A stretch of DNA of 64,000 nucleotides, counting the filler, from Blastocystis sp. subtype 4 (taxonomy: Eukaryota), in the NCBI RefSeq assembly GCF_000743755.1. It is 11 parts of 11 records of this genome, joined end to end, with 100 filler letters (N's around TTAATTAATTAA, not from the genome) between each part and the next. Parts side by side here need not be neighbours in the genome. Positions count along the whole stretch, not along the records: positions 36,977 to 42,962 come from NW_014569104.1; positions 43,063 to 49,007 come from NW_014569103.1; 9 more parts are not named here. The stretch is one strand, 5' to 3'. The stretch's first letter is position 1; the number at the start of each line of letters is the position of its first letter. Below the pieces are notes generated by a model, which did no database searches, was not told where the DNA came from, and saw only the letters and a program-made list of their open reading frames with translations. Made by a program: the position numbers and the translations under genes. Positions 37,200 through 49,107 of this stretch are shown here, piece by piece.

Positions 37200-37964
37200 T
37201 TAGAACATGCCGAAGATATCATCCCTGAACATCACTTTCTCATTCAGTTCTTACGTGTATGATGGATTCGCAGCAACTGGAGCAGCAGAAGCAGATCCGA
37301 TAAGATCATCTTCCTGAGGTTCTTCAGCCTTTCTCCGAGAACCACGAGCACGACGACGTCTTCCACTCTCTGGAGGAGGAGCAAGGGCACCATCTTCACC
37401 CACCTCCACCACATCGTCCACCTTCTTCTTGTTGTGTCTCTAGAACTCATTCACTCTTCTTTCACCTACTCTCTTGTTCTTGATAGCAACATCCACATGA
37501 AGAGTCTCTCCTTCCTGAAGGGAATAGTCTTGCTCCTCTTCATCTGACAGATCCTCCGGTTCATCCAGATACTTCTTGTACTCTTGCAGAGCAATCTTGA
37601 AGTCCAAAGCCTCGGATCTCTCCTGGAAACCAATACCAATGTATGCCTTCTTTCGGTCCTTCTCAATTCTCATCACGAAATAACGAGACGAATCCAACAC
37701 AGGCTCGATCACAGATGGACCATCATCTCGAATCATAGTAGAAGCGAAGATCTTCTTCTTATCGTCCACCAGCTCAATATAACAAGTCTTTCCACGCAAA
37801 ACCACATTCAAGGTTCCAAACCAAATCTGATTCGTCCAACCGGCAGCACGGTATCCCATACCAGTGTTTCTTGGGGGAATCTTGTATACATAGCATCGAC
37901 GGATGTGACAGAGGTTCTGCTCGAAAATATCTCCTATAAATGAAATGATGAGTTAGATACTCAT
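37200..37964 (-). CDS. NECAP: Adaptin ear-binding coat-associated protein (NECAP)
   Basis: VYKIPPR...GYRAAGW...IEPVLDSSRYFVMRI...AYIGIGFQERSEALDFKIALQ. Confidence 0.93.
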
Positions 37965-38023
37965 TTTCAATTCCGCGGTTATCTCCAACAAACAACAATT
38001 CAATAATAGTACAAGAAATGACT

Positions 38024-38923
38024 CTAATGTTCATGTTCCATGAAAAGAAGATAAGGGATCATGACACCCACAAGAATGAAGAATACTTGTGATAATCCAA
38101 CATGATGTCCCACAGATGGCAGAATATGAGTTAATGCTACATGCAAAAACGTTCCTGCACTGAATGCAAATGCATACCCTAGCAACGATGCAGGAATAAG
38201 GCTAGAACCCAGATGAACAAGTAAAGCAGATAGAATTGCTGAAGTTGGGGTAGCAGCAGAGAAAAGAGCAATATAACGGGAAGCTATCGATTAGGAGGAT
38301 TCTATGACTATACCTTGGTTAAAAGAAATATGCAATTGCTTGATGAAAATACCAACACCTAAAGATGCTGATACTTTGTGCAGTACCATAGCCCAGAATA
38401 GAGTCTGAATCACATTCACATTTGATGAGGCCAAACTAGACCCAATGGTAAGACCATCAAAGAGAGAATGAAGACATAGTCCTGAAATTGAAGATTTGAG
38501 ACTCTTAACACTCTTATCAGTCATGTTGATAATCACTTCTTCCTTTCCATTATCAGAACATTGGTCATTCTCTGAAGTGTGGACGTGATCGTCTGAATGA
38601 CCGTGAACGAAAGAATCGGCAATCATCATCGCTATGTATCCAAATACAATCGCTAATCCAATATTCTTTGCTTCTAGATGAGTTTGTAAGGAACTATTTC
38701 CACTCTGATTCGCGCCTACAGTAGGACACTCACATCCGCGTAATATGGCTTCTGGGATGACTACAATAAATCCAGTACCCAACATCAATCCAACTCCAAC
38801 TAAACTGATTACCTTTGAAGTAGCCTTCGACATATGGACCAATAGAGGGATTGATGTCGTTGCAAATGTGATAGCAAATAATCCTAATGAACAAAACAAG
38901 ACAATAAGGAAAGCAGAAGCCAT
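38024..38923 (-). CDS. ZIP zinc transporter (ZIP9-like)
   Basis: LGTGFIVVIPE, HGHSDDHVH loop, HSLFDGLTIG, LHKVSASLG, FSAGTFLHVA, C-terminal HEH. Confidence 0.9.
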
Positions 38924-39101
38924 TTTGTGATTAACTGAAATCTTTCTTGGACTCTAGCAAATGGCTCCACTCAAATGATATGAAAATGTTCCTTGTTTCT
39001 TTTCCCTCCATCCTCCTTTCATCCAAATCGATTGACTTCTTGGGAAATGGTACGATTTATGCATAGTAATTAAACAAAGGATTCAATTAATGCACTCTTA
39101 A

Positions 39102-42100
39102 ATGAGATCTTCGGATCAGTTGCTCAAACGGTACCCGATGTGTATAGATCATGATGAATCGTTCATTATAGTCAAGTTCCATCCATTCCAGATCCTGGAA
39201 AACCGTTGCAATCGATGACAAGGAAACAACGACAATCTCTCCCTCCTCCACAACCCAAGAGAAGAAAGTTCAAGTTACCTGAACCCGATTATGAACCAGA
39301 AGGAGATGAGGTTTCTGTTGATCCAGTCATTGCTTCTGAAGTCAACGAAATCTTTGATGAAACACCTGCGTCTACAACAGATTTAGTGTCTGTTCATTCG
39401 AAATTACCACAGATCTACTGGAAGACGATTCCCTACAAGTACTTTAATCGTATTCAATCGGCAACGGTTGATTCTCTCTTATCCACGAATCAAAATGTTG
39501 TTATATCTGCACCTACGGTCATCTCATCCCACTGGAATGATTCCTAGGGTTGTGGAAAGACTGTTCTGTTGGAACTCGCAGTTCTGCACCTCCACAATGA
39601 ATGGCTGAATGAAGGTCATCGCCTCACAGATCCTTTCCCATATCTAGTTATTTATGTGTGTCCAACGAAAGCTCTATGTAAAGAAGTATTCACAAGTTGG
39701 AATTCCAAATTTCTGACCTATAATCTACGATGTGTGGTAACATCTGACTATCCTAATGACATGTAGGAAGTGACAGGAGATACCGACAATGTGCTTTCTC
39801 GTATATTCTGCTTGCTTTCTGTTTTGTAGAGATTCAACAACATTTATCACAGTATCATATTATTTTCACAACTCCAGAAAAACTAGAGATTATGTCACGT
39901 CGTTGGAGTGCTCCATATGGAGAAGACCATCTTGTGGATCGGATTCGTCTATTGTTAATTGATGAAGTGCATTTACTGAATGAACCACGTGGAGCACACA
40001 TTGAAACGATTGTTTCTCGTCTACGAAGTAGGATTGTAACAAATGAATGATCATAAGTGAGAAGTTCATTTCATCATGATGCTCATCCTATTAGAATAAT
40101 CACTCTCTCTGCTACATTCCCAAATTCCATTGATGTAGCTCAATGGCTTCAAGCCTTACACTTCTCATTTGATGCTTCGTATCGACCTGTTCCCATTGAT
40201 CGTATTGTTCTTGGCTTTCCAAACAAGAATCAGAAGAATCCCTTTCTCTTTGAGAAGTATTTGAACTATAAGTATTCTTTGTTTCTCTCTTCTACTCAGA
40301 GTCTTTGGAGTTATACAAAAGTACTCTCCTAATAAACCCGTAATGGTCTTCTCTTCTACTCGAAAGGGATGCATGTATCTATTCACAAACTGACTCATTA
40401 ATAGTTCTCTTGCTAATCAATTGATTGATGATTGTGAACGAAATGGTCTCTCTACTCATGGTTTCTTGCGAAGTGATGATCTTCAACAGGGGTATGATTA
40501 GTGTTTAATCCTAAGTAGAATTCAACAACACATCCGACGAGTACAAGATTCGTCTTTACGTCAATGGCTTCAGCATGGTATTGCGATTCATACAGCAGGT
40601 CTCTGTATGATTATTTCTTCTTTCTCATTCACAGCATCGAATGATCGACAAATCGTTGAGACACTCTTTGAGCATGGGTTCATTCAAGTGGTTTGTACAA
40701 CATCAACACTTGCTCTCGGCGTGAATCTCCCTGTCTATCTCGTCATAATTAAAGGAACCGTTCAATGGAAGGGAGGAGGTAAAGGATACGAACCTATTAG
40801 TGAGGCAATGCTTCAGCAGATGGCTGGACGAGCTGGAAGACCTCAGTTTAATGAACGAGGAGTAGCCGTAATCCTTACAAGTGAAGAGAATGTTGCTAAG
40901 TAAGGTTCTAACTGCAAGTGTTCCATAGATATCAGGAGATAGAAGGAACACATGAAGTGATTGAATCGAATCTAACAGAAAGTGTGATTGAGTGTGTAAA
41001 CAATGAAATAGTGCTACATTCAATAACAGATAATGAATCTCTCTTTCAAGTACACTTATCTTCTATTTATTACTATAGTGGTTAAAAGGAACATTCTATT
41101 ATATCCGAGTTCATAAGAATCCATCTCATTACCATATTGTTGTAAATCAATCTCAATCTAATCCACATGCTTACATAGATACACAATTAGAATCACTTCT
41201 TTCATATTATATCACTCAACTTCAATCAAATGGTTCTTTTCAGCACTCTTCATCATTCATAGATCTAATTACTGTTGATGAGAATGGAGTCTATGGGACT
41301 CGACTTGGTGGTATACTCATGCAAAAATACTATTTGAAATTCACTACCGCTCTTGTTGTGATGAGTGTATACCAGTGTTCATCAGAAGCAGAGCTATTGT
41401 TCCATATCACACATTCAGCAGTACAATCATTCTCTCATTGATATTCAAGGAATTCAACGAATACCCGATCAAACAAGGTCAAAAGACCTTCCTAAATTTG
41501 GTCTACAATAAATTAGGGAAATATCACTACAAAGGGAAGGTCAAAGGACCTGAGCACAAAGTAACTGCAATCATTATGGCTGCCTTAGGAAATATCAAGA
41601 TTGAAGACATGTCTCTTCTTCTTGAAGTGGATGGAGTGAGTATCTGTCTGATTTGTGAGTGATAGATGCTTCAGACGGCAGTACGTATCTGCAAAGCCAT
41701 TCTCTTCTATCTCTCTCACAATCAGTCTTTGACATTTCGTCCCTGTCAGCAATTCTCCGAGCAATCTCTCGATACAGACAAACCTCAACCAATCACCAAC
41801 ACGGCTGTGTTATTGCTCTGGACACATCGACTCATTCGATCCCTTACTCAGAAGACATGGGGTGATGGTTCTAACGTGCTTCTTCAATTGGTCATTCATT
41901 CTCATATGTCTGATGCTTAGGAAGGAATTGGACCTACTGCCTTGCACAACCTAGAGCAAGGACAGTTGACCACATTCGATGCTATTATTCGTACTCCTAT
42001 TCCTTCTGTACCACTTCACAATCATTATAACATGTAGTTAGATACAATTATTGGGAGACGAATAGGTCAACAAATCAAGAATCAAATTCAGTCTATTCCT

Positions 42101-42775
42101 CGTTTGCATATGTCTCTTATGCCTGTTGGTTATTTGATTCTCATTCATTTCCAGACTTCTTCCACATCGATCACTATCACCATTGTATCACCTCAGATGA
42201 ACTCCATACCTCACTACTCATCTTATGGAATTGGTCTATATACACTCCTAGTACTGAATTCTGATGAAAACAAGCCTTTGCTATATAAACAAGTCTCTTC
42301 AGAAGGATCATATTCAGTCACACTTCCTCCAAAGCATGATCAAACTGTGATTTATTTAATAAACAATCGATGGATAGGAGTTGATGAAGAAATACACCTT
42401 GGCGAACCAAGTGATCCCATTCCCAGAAAAAAGAAACCAAAGGCAAAAGCAGCTGAATCATCAAATGCAAGTCAGATTCAACCATCTACGACAAGTCATG
42501 TCCAGCCAGCCAAAACGCCACAGGCGATTCCCAATCAGGATGAGTTGGACTTGTTGAATTTCATTTCTTGGGAGGATGAAAAAGAGGCTGAAAATATCCA
42601 TAAGGACCAAAGTGGGATTAGATCCAACACGTATCCCAATCTAGTTATTGATACCCCTCAAACAGTGAGTAATCATCCAGGAACACAGAACAAGATGATT
42701 ACAATACCTAATACTACTTCTCCAACCAACAATTCTCTGAATGTTGACGAATTCCTGAGTTCATTATTCCACTGA
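39102..42775 (+). CDS. MER3: Meiotic DNA helicase MER3/HFM1
   Basis: SAPTGCGKT, IDEVHLL, SATFPN, YRPVPI...FLFEKYLNY, STLALGVNLPVYLVIIKGT, QMAGRAGRPQF, and a Sec63-like C-terminus. Confidence 0.88.
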
Positions 42776-42857
42776 GTTGGACAGTGGAATTATCATACTT
42801 CTATACAAATTCATTTGTTTTCAACAATCAATTGATCCATCTCTCTTTGTAAGATAA

Positions 42858-42962
42858 ATGCAGGTATAGAGCAAAATGATTGAAATTACTCGATAGGTGA
42901 ATTCTGGAGCTGGTTTCAGTGGATTGCTTCGAAACGGATACAAATCGTTTTCTGGAACACAA
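42858..42962 (+). CDS. CCT8: T-complex protein 1 theta (CCT8), 5' fragment
   Basis: MQ|VNSGAGFSGLLRNGYKSFSG resembles CCT8 GFxxMLKEGxKHFSG. Confidence 0.7.
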
Positions 42963-43062
42963 NNNNNNNNNNNNNNNNNNNNNNNNNNNNNNNNNNNNNN
43001 NNNNNNTTAATTAATTAANNNNNNNNNNNNNNNNNNNNNNNNNNNNNNNNNNNNNNNNNNNN
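42963..43062. other. Artificial contig spacer
   Basis: N44-TTAATTAATTAA-N44. Confidence 0.99.
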
Positions 43063-43114
43063 GACCAAGAAGATGACCAATCCTTGGAAGAAGCATGGAA
43101 ACATTCCTCTGTAA
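43063..43114 (+). CDS. PCCB: Propionyl-CoA carboxylase beta subunit, 3' fragment
   Basis: TKKMTNPWKKHGNIPL-stop is the characteristic C-terminus. Confidence 0.8.
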
Positions 43115-43251
43115 GCGCAATTTGGACCATGTTTAAACGTAACATTTCTCTTGTTTGTTTTTGAAGAAGTGTTAATGTATTTGAATAGGTGAAAACAAAG
43201 AAAGCACAATCATCTTATCAATTCTTCAACAACGTAATTTGTTTAAAGAAA

Positions 43252-43405
43252 GGGAGATGCGCAAGCGCAAACTCCCAAACCCAAAAATTATGCGGTAATA
43301 ACCCTTTCGAGCCTTTGGAATCTCACAGCACCAGAGTGCGATGGCCTGCTCAATCCCAGACCAGCTGTCTTCTTGATCACAGCCGAATCCCCGCCAGGTA
43401 AGTAT
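43252..43405 (-). ncRNA. U1: U1 spliceosomal snRNA
   Basis: 5' ATACTTACCTGG, U1-70K loop GATCAAGAAG, loop II CCATCGCACTC, Sm site AATTTTTGG, terminal GGGAG...CTCCC hairpin. Confidence 0.92.
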
Positions 43406-43551
43406 GCCTCTTCTATCTATTCACAGAAATATACATCCACATTGCCTCTTTTTTCATTATGGGTTTTACTCTTGCTCATTTATCAGTTTTATCCATTATT
43501 AGTATCCTCAATTGTCATTTGTATTTGAAATAAACATATAAACTAATGAAT

Positions 43552-45144
43552 TTAACACTTGATACCGTTCATTGCCTGCTCAAATTGTCCACAATAACCT
43601 TGGAAACGAGGATCTTCTACAACTCAATATATCAATATAACCTAACTTCGGCAAGCATTAGCCATACTCTCGTAAAGGGCCTTAGCAACCTTCGGAGCAG
43701 TACCTTTAATAGACTCCGCATAAGAATTGTATGTGTTCAACAATCCCTCAGTGTTATTCTCCCACTACTGTTTAGTAAACGTACTCATAACCTACTCCTG
43801 ATAGAACAGTATCATAGGATGAAGAGGTTGAACTATTACTACTAACAATATTAGATCCAGGTGAAGGGATTGGAGGCATCCCCGTATCACTGTTAGTAGG
43901 CGAAGGGAATGGAGGTATTCTGTTATCATTGTTATTTGGTGAAGGGAATGGAGGCATTCTGTTATCATTACCAGAAGGCGAAGGGAATGGGGGCATCCCC
44001 GTATCACTGTTAGTAGGCGATGAGAATGGAGGCATTCTGTTATCACTACCAGAAGGCGAGGGGAATGGAGGTATTCCCGTATCACTACTATTAGGTGATG
44101 AGAATGGAGGCATTCTGTTATCACTACCAGAAGGCGAAGGGAATGGAGGCATTCTGTTATCACTACTATTAGGCGATGGGAGAGGAGGTATTCCATTATA
44201 ATTGTTGTAAGGCGATGGGAGAGGTATTCCAGTATCATTGCGCATTGCATCCGGATTGGGTAGGCCAGGCCGGTTTCCAGTAATAGAAGGCATTCCATCA
44301 TCATTGTGATTAGGTGAAGGGAATGGAGGCATTATATTATCGTTGTTATTAGGCAAGGGGAATGGAGACATTCCAGATTGGAATTGAGATACCATAGGAA
44401 TTGAAGGAGGAGCAGTATCATAATTCTGAGGAACAAAAGGAAGGTTTCCTCCGATTTCAGGTTGACTTGCTAGTTCATTAGAGAATTGAGCAGGGGGCTG
44501 GGGATGATACTGGTTAGGTTGAGGAGAATAATGTCCAGCAGGTTGAGGAGCAAATACCTGTGAAGCAGCCATTGAAGTAGCCATTGAAGCAGTCAATGAC
44601 ATAGGAGGAACAGAAGTACCACTTTGCATAGCCTTCATAATCTCCAACTCTCTCGTCTTAGCCTTAGTACGAAGACTTGCAAATTGAGGCATTTCTGGCT
44701 GACTGTACACTGCAATATTCAGATACATAACATGTCGCTTCCAACGAGTAGCAGCATTCTATGCATTATCCAGTTAAAATGAAAATACATAATAGTCTCC
44801 GGACTGATCTATTTGCATGATCTGCTTTCGATCCCTTGCAATAAACTGTTGCATCAACTCCTTCCCTTTCTTGTCAGCAATACTGGGAACTGCACCCTTC
44901 ATTTGCTGTACAAGAGAAATTTGCGTCGAAAGATACTGGTAAGCCTAAGTAATGAAACAGACAACATGTACCAAACAGCTGGATCGTTCGAATTCGCAGA
45001 AGTATACTTCTCACCAGCCTTTTTAACCCAATACCATCGAGCCCAGTAAGATGCAGCCTTTTCTGCTGCATCACCGTTCTGCAGCTCAGTGGCAATCTGC
45101 AAATAATCTGCTAAATCTAGGAACTGTTGGGGATAATCAGACAT
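43552..45144 (-). CDS. VTA1: VTA1/LIP5-like protein (N-terminal MIT region) with a Pro-rich repeat linker
   Basis: YLQIATEL...ASYWARWYWVKKA and KAKTRELEIMKAMQSGTSVPP resemble Vta1_N; TAA at 43554-43552. Confidence 0.6.
43860..44240 (-). repeat. 39-bp coding tandem repeat (13 aa, PPF(P/S)SPxxxDxxM/I), about 9-10 copies
   Basis: Repeated GGAGGCATTCTGTTATCACTA-like units on the + strand. Confidence 0.9.
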
Positions 45145-45522
45145 TTTAATATGAAATAGAGAACAAAGTGACTGGATACCAATCCAATAATCAAGCTGAT
45201 TTTGGATCAGGTAACCCAAAACTTCCTTAATGTCCAATTGGAACTGTATTTGTTGAGTAATGTTGTGGTTTATTTGAGTCGTACTGAGGTAAGCAACAGA
45301 TAAGTTTATCTATGAAGAGGTTTGGATGATATACAAGTGCTAAATAGTTCAAGTTCTAGTTGTGTGGAAATGTGGTGATAATTCATATAACTTTAGAAAT
45401 GAACGTCCCATATACCGTTCTATCCAGTTTTTTATTCAAGTGTTGTTCATACATGATCAGATACATCATTCTCGTTGTTTCCTTTTTTGTCTATTTGAAG
45501 GCAAACCTATCATATCCAGAAT

Positions 45523-45542
45523 CGAATGTTCTGGAACTTTCG
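45523..45542 (+). promoter_or_regulatory. Heat-shock element upstream of HSP20
   Basis: cGAAtgTTCtgGAActTTCg: four perfect alternating nGAAn units about 90 bp upstream of the ATG. Confidence 0.8.
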
Positions 45543-45627
45543 TTTGTTCTAGATCTTTCTTCTTCGAGAAGACTTCTTTGTGTGAATTGCTCTTCATTAT
45601 TTTCTTGATTTCAAAGTTTATTTGCTA

Positions 45628-46170
45628 ATGAGTTTTATTCTTCGTGACCCGTTCTTTGATGGATTTGATGATATGATGGAGATGGTGTATCCTTTTGGTT
45701 GTCTTAGGAGAAGTCCTGTTTCCTCAATAGAAGATGAGGAAGTCTCTGGAAAACGAAAGAATCAAAACAAGAAGGCAAGGGCTTCTCGTGAGGAAGGTCT
45801 GATCGCTCGTATGAACAGAGATCATATTACTCCTTTCTGTGGTTTTGGTAGAATGGATATGCATGAATCTGACACATCATATGAGTTGTCCGTGGATATG
45901 CCTGGTATGGAGAAGAGCAATATCGAGGTTACCGCTGAGGACAACACTCTTGTCATTAAGGGAGAGAGAAAACAGGAGAAGAAGGAGGAGGACAAGAATG
46001 GTAAGTACCATTTTGTCGAAAGACACTTTGGCAGCTTCCATCGTGAGATGTCAATTCCGAAGAATGCTGATGCTGAGAAGATCAACGCGGTTTATGAGAA
46101 TGGTGTTCTTAAGGTGACTATTCCAAAGATTCCCTCCACTTCTACCAAGAAGGCGATTACTGTAAACTAA
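45628..46170 (+). CDS. Small heat-shock protein (HSP20/alpha-crystallin)
   Basis: MDMHE...DMPGM...ERHFGSFHR...AVYENGVLKVTIPK; intronless. Confidence 0.95.
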   Translation: MSFILRDPFFDGFDDMMEMVYPFGCLRRSPVSSIEDEEVSGKRKNQNKKARASREEGLIARMNRDHITPFCGFGRMDMHESDTSYELSVDMPGMEKSNIEVTAEDNTLVIKGERKQEKKEEDKNGKYHFVERHFGSFHREMSIPKNADAEKINAVYENGVLKVTIPKIPSTSTKKAITVN

Positions 46171-46205
46171 TTGTGATAGTATAGTTTCTTTGTTACAAAC
46201 ATGGG

Positions 46206-46752
46206 ATTTCTCTTTATGTTCAGATAGATAGAAACGCGCCATAATGAGGATAGTTTCGAGTATAAGCATTAGTGCGAAGGTAACAACACCTATTGACAGA
46301 CCCATTGCTTCTCCTAATTGTCGATGAGTAGTATAGTAAAAGAAGAATCCCACTGTTAAAGCTCCCAATAGTGCACCTATAGCATTCTGAGCACTATCCA
46401 TAGGATTCTTCAACTCCTCTCCAATATGTAATGAAGTATCGGTTGATCGTAGTCCGTGAACCAATCGTTCATATTCTCGTTGGGACTCTCGCTTTCGTAG
46501 ATACTCCATACGCTGTACATACTCTTCGGATGGAGCCTAGTTCTCAACAATGACAAAAACGGCAACAAATGTTTCTTCTTTCACTATAATTGTGGATCCC
46601 TTGAAAATTTCGTGGAGTGGTTGTCTCCGTTCCTTTGGAGGCAGTGATTCATTTACTCGGACATAGTTTTCACACTCTTCTACAGTCCATTCATGTTCAC
46701 TACCTTCCGATGGACGTTTAGAATCCTTCTTCTGCTTCACAACGAATTCCAT
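46206..46752 (-). CDS. VMA12: V-ATPase assembly factor Vma12/TMEM199-like
   Basis: RMEYLRKRESQREYERLV followed by two TM helices ending LILETILIM. Stop inferred from polyadenylation at 46206. Confidence 0.75.
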
Positions 46753-46808
46753 TGTGATATGACTGTTTTTATTTTCTTTAAAGATAACGATAAAGAACAA
46801 CACCCAGT

Positions 46809-46890
46809 GCACGGATGCCCGAGTGGTCCAAGGGGTTACGTTAAGGCCGTAATGTGTTCGCACTCGAGGGTTCGAGTCCCTCTTCGTGCA
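46809..46890 (+). tRNA. tRNA-Leu(AAG)
   Basis: Acceptor GCACGGA/TTCGTGC, anticodon arm TTACG-TTAAGGC-CGTAA, long variable arm, GGTTCGAGTCC, followed by a T-run. Confidence 0.95.
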
Positions 46891-46910
46891 TTTTTCTTTT
46901 CGTTCAAACA

Positions 46911-47285
46911 ATGGAAAGGGATGTGAAGTATCCAATTGTGCTTGGGGAAAGTATTACTAGTGAAGACAAGGAAAAGCTCTTGTTGCGTTGTATGCACCAT
47001 TTATATCCTTGTTGTTTAGATTCTTTTGTTCCACAGTCTCTGAATAGAAGCAAACCAGCTGTATTATCATTTGGTGAGCATGGTATTAATGTTCAGGCTA
47101 CATTTTTTGATGATTATGTATATCTTTGTGACTATCTTTATTTGTAGAAAGAAAATGGAACGAAAACACTCACAGGAGTGAAAAAGGTCTCAACAGGAAA
47201 TGATTATATTCTTGTTTTCAAGAATAACCAATTTATTCTGGAACGAGTAGGTGGATTTGTTAATCAATTGTCAGTGGATCATTGA
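46911..47285 (+). CDS. EAF: ELL-associated factor (EAF) domain protein
   Basis: YPIVLGES...LRYSFVPQSL...DYILVF...FILERV after splicing two short introns. Confidence 0.75.
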
Positions 47286-47391
47286 TTGTACTTTATTTGT
47301 AAAATATTTCTCTCTTTGTTTGCAAATCATTCGATTACAAAACTAAGAACCATGATGATTCTCAGTTTTTGTTCTTGCAGTCACTAGTTTT

Positions 47392-48906
47392 ATGATTCAG
47401 ACTACAGATGAACTGAACAAGCGGGAAGGTGAAGAACTAGCTGGGAATACTGAGAAGAGAGTTCGGACAATAGATTCCGACAATAATGAAGCTACATCAA
47501 GTAGATGTTTAGTCTATTATATTGAGAGTGTAGATGCAACAATAGTCACTATTTCTGGCTATGTAGGTGAAAGTGGTTGATTTAAACGATAGATCAGTAG
47601 TAGTGACACAAGTTCAGATGTTGATGAGGAAATGTTGGATATGTTTGCAAGTGATGACGAATTCGACAAGAAGTTGGAAGAAGAGAAGAAGAAACGGGAA
47701 GAGACAATGCAAAAGAAAAAGGAACTCATGGAGAATACGGAAGATATAGAAAATGCGAATCTGAAGGATAATTGGGATGATAAGGATGGATACTACTGTT
47801 CATATGTCGGAGAGATATTTGGGTACAAATACAGAGTTGTCAAAGAGAATGGAAAGGGTGTCTTTTCTACGGTCCTATGTTGTGTTGATACAGAATTAAA
47901 TGAAACCGTGGCTATCAAAGTTCTACGGAGTATTGAAAAGATGACCAAGGATGCTAAGAATGAGTTGTCCCTCTTGGAGGAAATTAAGTCTAAAGACCCA
48001 CAAAATACGAAGCACTGTATTCCTGTATACAAGTCGTTTATGTATCGGAATCATCTATGTATTGTCTTTCCATATATGGCTTTGAATCTTCGTGATACAC
48101 TACGGAAGTATGGAGCTGGTACAGGCCTTAGTTTGATGGCTGTTCAGTCATTTGGACGACAATTATTCTTGGCGTTACTTCACATCAAGAAACTGGGAAT
48201 AGTTCATGCTGATATCAAACCAGATAATATCATGTTGAAGGACCAGAATAGTAGTTTGATTCAACTAACCGACTTCGGCAATTCCTTTCATGAAGACGAT
48301 TCCAACAATTTGCCAACTCCTTACCTTGTCTCGCGTTTCTATAGAGCTCCAGAAATCATTCTAGGTTTGAATTATGATATGATTGGTTGATTATCCTAAT
48401 GTGTAGATTGTCGAATTGATATCTGGTCTGCTGGCTGCACTCTTTGTGAGTTATTTACAGGGTCTGTCACATTCCCTGGAGTCAGCAACAACGACATGCT
48501 TCGTGTGATTCAGAACTTAAAAGGACCTATGCCTCATCGAATGATCAAAAAGCATATTAAATCGTATATGACGATGGGAAGAGAACCAATGTACACTGAT
48601 GACTTCAAATTCAAATTCCAAGCAATTGTGAGGTTAGGTTAAGCAACTTACAATTAGGATCCAGTAACGAAGACACCAATTGTGAAGCTACAAGTCTATA
48701 CTAAACCCACTGAAGATTTGTTAGGAATGATGATGAAGAGTGCTGGGCCAATGGAGAATCCTAAGGGTATAGTCGTAAGAATGGAATGAATTGTAGTGAT
48801 TCGTGATTTCGCTGATTTCTTGGATAAGTGTTTCATGTTAGATCCTGATAAGCGGATTTCTCCTCAGGATGCATTACGTCATCCATTCCTAGCGATGAAT
48901 AGTTAA
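47392..48906 (+). CDS. PRP4K: PRP4 kinase (PRPF4B)
   Basis: DNWDDKDGYY, GKGVFSTV, HADIKPDN, TPYLVSRFYRAPEIILG. Start is approximate. Confidence 0.92.
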
Positions 48907-49007
48907 TGAAGTCATTCTTTTAGAATTCTGTTTGTTAGCAAACACGATAGGTTCTCCAAGCTGTAATATCTCCCTTCTGAGAATAACTAAGCATTCCATT
49001 GGAGTTG

Positions 49008-49107
49008 NNNNNNNNNNNNNNNNNNNNNNNNNNNNNNNNNNNNNNNNNNNNTTAATTAATTAANNNNNNNNNNNNNNNNNNNNNNNNNNNNNNNNNNNNN
49101 NNNNNNN
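49008..49107. other. Artificial contig spacer
   Basis: N44-TTAATTAATTAA-N44. Confidence 0.99.

Noticed and set aside
43860..44240. 39-bp repeats as a CRISPR-like array
   Set aside because: No unique spacers, the period is a multiple of 3, and the repeats are in frame inside a eukaryotic gene.
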